Part shown: one piece after another, positions 51,412 through 64,000 of the stretch
How positions within the stretch are numbered: position 1 is the stretch's first letter
How the letters are laid out: every line of letters starts with the position of its first letter
Assembly (NCBI GenBank): GCA_040357565.1
Contig: JBDODJ010000017.1
Strand: one strand, 5' to 3'
Source of the DNA: Cercozoa sp. M6MM
Lineage: Eukaryota; Protista; Endomyxa: Ascetosporea
Length of the DNA stretch: 64,000 bases
Notes under the pieces: generated by a model
The model's input: only the letters and a program-made list of their open reading frames with translations
Databases searched by the model: none
What the model was told of the DNA's origin: nothing
Position numbers and translations under genes: made by a program

Positions 51412-53779
51412 ATGATGTGGGAAGAAGCACTGCCGTGGATCGGCGTATCTGTTGTGGCCGGAGCATGCCTCTATTGGTTGCAGGGGTACATTTTTTCTTT
51501 TTGTTTTGTTTCTTGAGCTTTCAGCCCTCGTCTGCATTTCAATTGCGTTTAGTGTGGCGACCAAGCCCAAACTCGTGTACCAACAAAATGACGACAATGA
51601 AAGGCTTCTGGAACGACTTTCGTTGTTGAAGCAGTACCCTCCCCACCGATTGATTAATTTTGGGTTTTTACATCTACTCTCCAGGCGGTACTGGCCGACG
51701 TTTTGGCTCGCCAACGGACACGTGTCTACTGCATTTTCTTCATTGGAGGTTGGTGCACCTGAGGTCAACTCTGCTCCGACAATGTCATCACCTGGCTCGA
51801 GAAGAATCTATAATATAATATATAGATCAATTTCGAGAGGGAATCCGTGCCAGCAAAGGCGTTGCGGAGCACACGACACGACGGCGTTCTTGTTCTAGAC
51901 TGGGCACATCCTAAAGTCGACTCCCACGGCTGTGATGGTACTTTAGAAGAAACTTCTCCTTGCTAACGACCATGAATAAATATGTCCTTTTCGGCGCAGG
52001 GACCAAGCTGGAGGCTGCTCCCATTGTTGTGCTGTGCCACGGACTCACTGGCGATTCCAACGCCTCCTACGTTCGAACTGGTACCTACGGCTACACTTTT
52101 GTTTATGTTTGTAACTTTCTAACTGTTTAACATGCAGTGACGAAGAAACTAACGGACAGCGGCTATCGAGTGTGCGTTTTGAATGCGCGCGGAAACGCGG
52201 TGAATACGTTGCACACACCACAGTTCCACAACGCTTCGAATTCGTAGGTTCTGCCATTTGCTACTTGTTTTTTCTGTTATGAAAGTATTTTGACACACAG
52301 AGATGACTTGCGTGTCACTTTGCACCGTGCGCGTGCGCGATTCCCAGAGGCGCCCTTGTTTGCGCTGGGCTACTCTTTGGGCGCTGCTGTGGTCGGCAAC
52401 TAGTACTTCTTTCTTCCCTTCGTGTGCCTGATTTCACGAGATCTTGTGTATGATTGGGTGTGGTATTTTAGCGTGGGCGAGCAGTGCAGTCTGCACGCGC
52501 AGTGTGGCGTCACAGCTGCCGCTTGCTTGGCGCCGCCGGTGGATATGGTCGCCTGCAGCAAGTTCCTGCATGACAACTGGCTACGACGCGTGTACTTTCA
52601 CTCATTTTTGTTGTGTGTGTTGACTGTACGTTTTCGTTGTCTCAGGAGTTACTCGGGTCACCTGGCAAAAGCACTTGTCCGGATGGCCGACCATGCTTCT
52701 GTATTCCTTGCTTTTTCTCACACTGCGAGGGGCACAACTGTTTGTTGACGTGTGGCTTAGGAATTGTTTGATCACTCCGATGCGACGCTGCGATTGACGG
52801 GCACGCGTCGTCAAGAGGTCAGTTTATGACGTACTGTAATTTTCTTTAAAGCCACAGATGGACGTGTGTGATCGAACAGAGTCAGAAGTCGCTGCTCGCG
52901 TTCGATCGGCACGTCACTGCGCCGAACGGAGGTTTTGTGAGTGCCGGCGACTACCACCGACAGGCCTCGATGGCACGCAATGTGCCCTTCATCTCGGTGC
53001 CGACTCTCGTGCTGTGTGCCGACGATGATCCAGTGTGTGACACCCGCGGCATTCTCGAAGGTACCCCTGCTGTGTGCGTATTGCAAGCAGTACGCTCAGA
53101 CTTTTTTTAAAGATGACTTCACGGTGTCGTCTCGTGCCATTCTGGCGAGAACTGCATCTGGAGGACACTCAATGGACTGGTACCCCAGATGCAATCATGA
53201 GTCTTTGCCTGTCACAGGAGCTTGCGATAGGCGAACTGGATGGCGAGCACGAGACGCCTGGAGTGCCGACGTTGTGTGTGAATTCTTCGACGCAGTGCTT
53301 GGTGCGTGCGCGTGTTCCTTTGTTTGTTAAAGGAAAAAACTGATGCAATGGTAGAGCAAGAGGGATCAAAGCCAAAGCCGCTTGTGCCGCTTGAAGCGAC
53401 TCAACTCGCTTGGCACCTGCGTTCTATGCGTGTCCTGGACGCTGACACTGACTGTGACACTGACGACGATGGCTGTAGCGGCATTGTCACCGATCGTGAC
53501 GGGAGACAGTACCGTTTGGTGCCATGCCACGCCGACAGTGATGCTAACGTCTCTGAAAACCAAGAGGCGACCACCACTGCTGCCGCTGTTTCCGACGAGA
53601 ATCATCTCGAAGCTGGCGCTACTTGCGATGTCGAGGTACTTCAGTTGCGGATCTTTTTTGCGTTTTTGTATTTATTCATTTCTGCTGAACAGGAACTGAC
53701 CCGCGCCTGTTCGCAGCTCTCTTCGGCGAGCGATGAGTTGCGACAGGAGCTGCTTGCGTCTAGTACTGTCTCCAACTAG
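51412..53779 (+). CDS. ABHD1/3 (YheT/Eht1-type) alpha/beta hydrolase with N-terminal membrane anchor
   Basis: YWPTFWLANGHVST, LCHGLTGDS, LNARG, nucleophile GYSLG, ADDDPVC and GGH. Confidence 0.9.
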
Positions 53780-55214
53780 TTTGGATACGCTCGCTAGTAG
53801 TCGATTTACTTCGTCTCTCTCGTAGTACCTTATGGATGTGCAGCTCCTTTAAAAGCTCCTCCGATCTCCACTGGTCGGACGCCTGTGTGTGCAGATGTGT
53901 ATAGGTAGATACGTCTGAAATTGGACGAAGATTTTTCGACGTCAAGATCACGATGATGCGCCCGATTGAGACGTTGTCTCGTCGCAGGAGTGGCTGGAAC
54001 CTGTACATTTACTCCAGCACGACGGGTCTCACAAGTAGCCTTCGCTTCAGTTTATTGAGATCAAAGTATCAAGACTCGTTTCACGCGCCGCCAATCCGGG
54101 GGGGGGGCGGTGCTCTTGTGACCCGCACCATAAAGATGGCCAACTAACGGTTTACTCTCGACGTCTTCCGATCGCGCTGGTGGGTCACTAAGTTTAGTCG
54201 GTGAATCAGGCTGAGACTGTCACTTCGCATGCGCCGGCGGCTCGAGTAAGCGGATGTCCCCGTCGTCGTTGCAATAAACCGACCAACTTACCATCGTCGA
54301 TTGCTGGATTAAAAAATCAGCAGCATAAAAGGGTAGACTGACTCACTTAAACAAGCACCACTCATCGTGATAAATACCAGAGAGGAGATAGAGCAGAGCA
54401 TGCGCTCGAAAGGAACACCGAGGAGTGGGTCATGCGAGGTATGCCATCTCGCAAGTTGCCTTGCCGCATCCAAGATAGACTCCGACAGCTGCAGCCGCTG
54501 CGCATGTGCACAGCGTAGCAGCCACGTTTCAATGCTCAGTATGAGCGGAAGCTGTAACTTCCACGTGAGTGTCACCGAGCGCAGCATCTCTGGAACCACC
54601 TCATGCACGGGCAACTCGGACGACGGGGCAGCGGCAGTCGGCCAGTGAATCAAGCGGAACTCACGCAGAACTTCCTGCAAGTTGGTCGACCACGCTGCCA
54701 TTCGATCGGCATTCTCGGGTTTTGCAAGCCAAATCAACGCATGCACGACGTGCATGTAGTTCTCTTGCGCTCGTTCGATGGAGCTGTAGCGTTTTTGCGA
54801 GCAATAGACTTCGAACAAGTACTTTGCGACCTACGCATTTGATGATGAATGCATGCACCCGATCTCACCGCATATCGATTCTTGTAAATGCAACTAACTG
54901 TCCGGGGAAGGCGGGACAGACCATCGACACTGCTTCTTGGCTTGTCGGAACAATTACGGCGTCTCGCACCTTTTTCCGTTTTTGACTCTTGGCGACACTC
55001 ATGATCTGCACGTTGATCATGAAAGTAAACCGGGGTGAAGATGGTGCTTTATCAAGGCATGTTGAATTTCAGTAAAGAGACAGTGTCTTACATTTTCTGC
55101 CGAACTCAAATCGACTGCAGCTTTAGTTCGAAAGGCATCTGCAAAGACCGCTACCTGACGGTCAAACCTGCTGAAATCGAGCGGCAAGACCACTCCTTCT
55201 TCCAACCGCTGCAC

Positions 55215-55303
<89 letters not shown>

Positions 55304-57235
55304 CATGCAGGATAGCAGAATGAGATGGACGTGGTTATACTATGCTACCAAGCAGACGAGTGCCAGTGCTTTGAGTGGCGACGCAAGTGCGAACAAGGAG
55401 TCCGAGGAGTCCACGAAGTCGTGTAAGGCCGGACGCAGCATAAAGAAGTTGAAAGCGGCAGTTTCTGAGTCATTCAGATATTGTGGCAAGAGAGAGGCAG
55501 TCAGGTGCAACTGGTACAGTTGACTTACCATCCGTGGCTGCTTTGGCCAGACTGATCGATTGCATCTGAGCACTGGCGCGACTTAAGATTTCGTCAGTCT
55601 CGACGACCTCTGGCTTCAGAAGCAACATCATGTCTTCTATTTGTGTCGAGTCCAGACTAAGGAGCTCGATAGCTTCCTACACAGAACCCAATACAAACAA
55701 ATTGACAGTGCTCCAACTCAAGAATAGCCCGGGGGTGACTGAGCGATTCGGTACCTTGGATGCCATTGTTTGTTCCCAAAGCTGCTGCGCACGTTGACGG
55801 GGTTCAGCCGCAATGGTGCTTGCGCTGGTTTCGGCCATTGTGGTGACGGTGTCGACAAAGGCATCGATCTCCTGACCGGTGGCGGTGTCCGACAGCACCG
55901 GCCACTTTGGAGTGAACGAGCTCGCCATTTCATTGGCTGCCTGGTGAACAGCCGCCGCTCGGTTCTGCTCCAGCTGCAGCAACTCGACGTGCAAATCTTC
56001 GCGAAGCGCAAGTAGCCGAGCTACATTGTAAACACATCAGTGCACCGCACTGCGGTTCAAGTTAAATGTACGAATATAATTATCGGTTTACTGTACCAAC
56101 CGAGTCAAGCAGACGCTGTTCGAACAGTCGGACCAGCGACCGTGTCATGTTTTCGACCGACGGACAGGTGCGCGCCAAGAACGCGTGCACTGAGCCAAGT
56201 GCCCGAGTCAGCCTGGTTTGAGCACGTGCCCTTTCGCCGGCATCGCTCAGCAACAGGGTGTCACATTGCAGGGTGTCACCCAACGCCGGCTTAAACCTGA
56301 ATCGAGCGTCTGAGGGAGCAAACACGTGCGGCTCGGGTATTAGCATCACGCTTTCTTGGGACTTGCATCGGCCATGAGTTCGCGACGAAGGCTGCTGGTC
56401 GAGGTGGCAAATGCTGTACTGGCCCGCGTCGAAGACACCAAGCTTGTCCGCTATCAGTTTGTTCAGCTTTGGGGCCGACCACTGTCGCCAGAAAGCCGTC
56501 GATCCAGTTTGTCCATGAAGCTCTCCGATGCGGCCCCGCAACTGCGTCCACTTTTGCGCGACGGTGTTGGCAAACTTTTCAAACGCAGTTTTGGCCTAAT
56601 AGCAGCAATAGATTAACCAGAACATGTATATTGGTAACTAGCCTAATACCTGTCGAACCCAAGCGGGTGACCGATCCAACTTGAAGTCGTGCAGCACTTG
56701 AAGTCGCTCCTTGGCAGTGCGTTCACGTGCAGAAGTTCCAAAGTTAGCGTACCCGCGGAAGAGAGGGCCGAGTAGTTCGTCGAGCAGATCGCGTTCAAAA
56801 CTGGCCTGCGCCTTCTGTAGCACCGCGACTGCAGCTGCTCGCTCCGACTCGCGTTCTGCCGTTGCACGTCTTTGCTGTTCCGAGCTTGCCTGTGCGGCCG
56901 CTCTACGGGCCATTCTCGCCCTACGTTCTTGGGTTATCGCTGTAAGCTCTTCTCTGTACAAGTCGCTGCCCTTCCTGTGCCAATACAGTTGGAAGATCAT
57001 TGCACCAGCTATATTGGAGATCTAGGTGTAGATTGAAACCGAGGCACCATTTTCGGATGAAATCGAGCGCGATTTGCACCTGTTTGAACCGATCCAAGAT
57101 GCTCTGAACTGCCGTCCAGTTGGTCGCTTCGTCCGAAGTTAGACTGATGGGGCCCTCCACCCTTTTGGCACCCGTAGAATCGAGACGAACTCTGCCCACA
57201 ATAATGGGTTCCTACCAGAAACCAGAGAGAGAGAA

Positions 57236-57290
<55 letters not shown>

Positions 57291-57300
57291 NNNNNNNNNN

Positions 57301-57354
<54 letters not shown>

Positions 57355-58221
57355 CTGAAAGAGTAAGTTTAGTCAAAGGGAGGTCTCACAATGTTGCCAC
57401 AAGAACGCCGTCGTTCCAGAAACTCAGTTCGAAGGGCGGACTGCTCGGCTTGGTTCCCAAGGCAAAGGTAACCGTGAAGCCCCTTTGGGCGATTAGACTC
57501 TTTTGAGATCCCAAACGGAGGAATGCAAGGGACGAGAATGAAAGAAACTGTTGATACAAAACTTCGGGGTACCAGGACAGCGTTCGTAGCCTGAGTTAGC
57601 ATTTTATGGACAGTGGCGAGTGATCGGCCCTCGCGTTGGTAGTAGGCGACCTACAGTACTCGTTGTTAGGTAACCAGAATACGATGATTGCTGACAGACT
57701 GAGACTTACATTCGGAGAATATGAAGCAAGCAACTCGTCGAAGCCTTTCAGAATTTCAGCACTCTCATTCAATGCGAGAGCATCTTCGTCCCTCAGTTTT
57801 TTCAGCACTCGGCGCAGGATTCTAAAGTCACCCGGCGACACACGAAGTTCTTCGCCGAGTCCGTGTGTGCCCTGCAGCACAGGCATCAAGGGGCGACCGT
57901 GGCCACAAATCGCCGTCAGTGTCACGCACTGCACCTCCGCCGGAGCAGCAGCGAGAACCTCGCGCACACTTGTTTCGACGTTTGCGTATTCGACTCCATG
58001 TAGGTCGAGTTCGATCTGACAATGCGCTCAAATCTTGACCTCAATTCAGTCATACTGCAAAAGAAAAAAGTAGACGTGACACTAGACGGTACCACAGTAC
58101 TCGCACAGGACACCGGCGGCACAGCAGGCACACTAGTACTGCTGCCAAGCGCGGTGTTTGACACGGCGCAAGCACACGCCAGGGCCAACCCGAAAGCGCT
58201 CACGAGCGACTTCAATGCCAT
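53760..58221 (-). CDS. Large signal-peptide protein with N-terminal Smr-like domain
   Basis: Exon 1 (58221-58093) reads MALKSLVSAFGLALACACA. Exon 2 (58015-57710) reads IELDLHGVEYANVETSVREVL...TLTAICGHGR. A chain of coiled-coil/helical exons follows. 3' end uncertain (54220 or about 53760). Confidence 0.55.
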
Positions 58222-58943
58222 CTCAGGTCATACAGACGAAACAGACTGTACGTATTCGCTGTTCGAGCTGAAATTCGCTCGACTAAGATAGACAGTGCGT
58301 TCGGACTCTTGGGCCACGTGTTGCTCTCGTGTTGTCCCCAGGCTTGAGTCGGACTGACTGTACGATTCAAATTAACAGACCACACATAGACCATAAATCA
58401 TAGAAACACACGAAAGTTAGAGACCGAAAAGGCTAAGATTTTTGTTGCAAATGGTGCCTCGGTTTCAATATGTTAATCTTTCTTTGAAATATGTTAATCT
58501 TTCAGTTTTCCTCATCCGGCACCAGCTGTATTGGAGATCTAGGTGTAGATTGAAACCGAGACACAAATAAGTCCTCAGCAAGGGCTTTTGGAAACAACGC
58601 TATCACGGCCACGAGCGCTCTATTCGTGTAACTCGCGTTTATTACGTCTAGCAGCTGCACGTGTGCTTTTGAATTCACTGCCTGAAGAAGTTTTGCGCAT
58701 GGGGCTGCAAATGTTCCATGATGGGTTCACCGAAATAGTGCTGCAGTGCTGTACATACAATGACTTGGCTCCTAGTAGCGCACCGAATTTTTGGACAGTA
58801 CGTCGGCGCCGAGTCAGATGGTACCCTTTGCAGCAAAGGCACCCAGTAGCCCGAGATTCTGGGTCCCCGGTCGTTGCTGAAACGTCTTCCAACGCCTCGC
58901 GCGAAATCGCAGTTCCAATACTTCTGTAAGAGTAGTGAGGATC

Positions 58944-62783
<3,840 letters not shown>

Positions 62784-63087
62784 CCCCCACGCACACTCTG
62801 ACTACAGCAGCATCCTGACGTTGTCGTGCATTTACAAATTGCAACACCGTTAACTACAACACGTATTTCTGGACCTGATTGTACAGTGCAACACAACAGG
62901 GATACTGTACTTTGAGTCGACGCGACATCGATAGATTGAAAGATTTGCTGAATACACAACTGACACAAAATATGTTCCGTTCCACGTTCAGTTGACGTAA
63001 TATTATGTGTATATATACAGGGTATACATATACACAGTATCAGGTAACGACGTCAATAATGCAAAGGCAGGCCGTCATCAACACTCA

Positions 63088-63988
63088 TCACTCCCACGGC
63101 TCACCAACAAGCAGCTGCAGCCCGAGGTCCTTGTCTTGCTCCTCAACTCCTTCGCCGATATCGAGCACGCGACGCGTTTCGACGTCTGGACGGTACTTGC
63201 GTCGCCTTCGCGCGTGCAGCATGGCCTCGTCCTCTTCGTAGAGCCCGCCGCCTCCGGCGATTTGAGCCCTCTGCAGAGAGTCACAAAAGTAAGATCACTT
63301 CGAGTTTCGACAGACTTCTACAGTACCAACTCAATATCGTCAGCTGGCACGTCCTTGCGCGACTCGACGACGCCGAGTGCAAACCGACCCCACATTGCAA
63401 AGGCAACAGCGCATAGCAGTTGCGTTGTTGTCAGTAACTGCAGTGTACATATAACGCAGCACAGGAATAAGCAGTCTAGAAGGCGTACCAGGGCAACGAA
63501 AAACAGCATGCCCGAGCAGATGCCGAGGTGCGCCACCACAAGCATCGCCGATGCGGCCGAAGACATGGCAAGCAGCGTCATTGAGTACACTGTAGGGTGC
63601 TTACGGGCACTGAAGAGAGTATGTGCCGTGATTAGTGCCATCGCAATCTACAGTACATCGTGAAGGGAGTTGGTGACATGTGACGGGAGTTGGTGACCGG
63701 AGTACCATAAACACCGACTCGTACAGCGGACCCAATCCAAAGTCGCTGAATACGAGAAGCAGCAAGTACACCAGTAGCAACAGTGTGCTCGTTCCCCAAA
63801 TACAAAGCACGGCCGAGTAGTAACTATTCACGTTACATCGTAGGCAAGTTGAGTAGTGAAAAAACGTTGCCATACCCAAATGGAAGCACACGCGCATATC
63901 GAGTAGCTTTCGCGATTTCCTTCATCAGTCGCATCTGTTTGCGCGTCTCTTTGTCCAGTTTTACTTCCTTTTTCGCTTTCGTCTGCAT
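63088..63988 (-). CDS. Multi-pass (about 4 TM) membrane hypothetical protein
   Basis: Basic N-terminus MQTKAKKEVK, several hydrophobic exons, charged tail ending GEPWE*. The start may lie beyond the window. Confidence 0.55.
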
Positions 63989-64000
63989 CTTTTGTTGTGC

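Overview
Eukaryotic (protist-like) nuclear DNA, not prokaryotic. About 22 tightly packed protein genes are split by many short GT-AG introns (often about 45-110 nt, some expanded by microsatellites), so the ORF track shows only exon fragments. All gene models below are my manual splicing. In the genes I traced, the standard code fits (TAA, TAG and TGA all end genes). Recognisable genes: TRM1, an importin-alpha-like ARM protein, an EF-hand/inorganic pyrophosphatase fusion (VSP1-like), a BASS4/SLC10A7-like transporter, Rac, a Kazal-domain secreted protein, a double B-box protein, a zf-4CXXC_R1 protein, a large coiled-coil multi-C2 (CCDC17-like) protein, a TPR protein with a mitochondrial-type presequence, SppA, Nup62/NSP1, an ABHD1/3-type hydrolase and the gamete fusogen HAP2/GCS1. 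Most novel signals: (1) a signal-peptide plus Smr-like protein head-to-head with HAP2, with a mosaic/hairpin element between them built from pieces of both genes; (2) a tandem pair of signal-peptide-less single-pass proteins sharing an unrecognised 8-Cys ectodomain, next to a Kazal/Tyr-repeat secreted protein. I recognised no rRNA, tRNA, CRISPR array or intact transposon. Three N gaps are present. The taxon cannot be fixed from this window.
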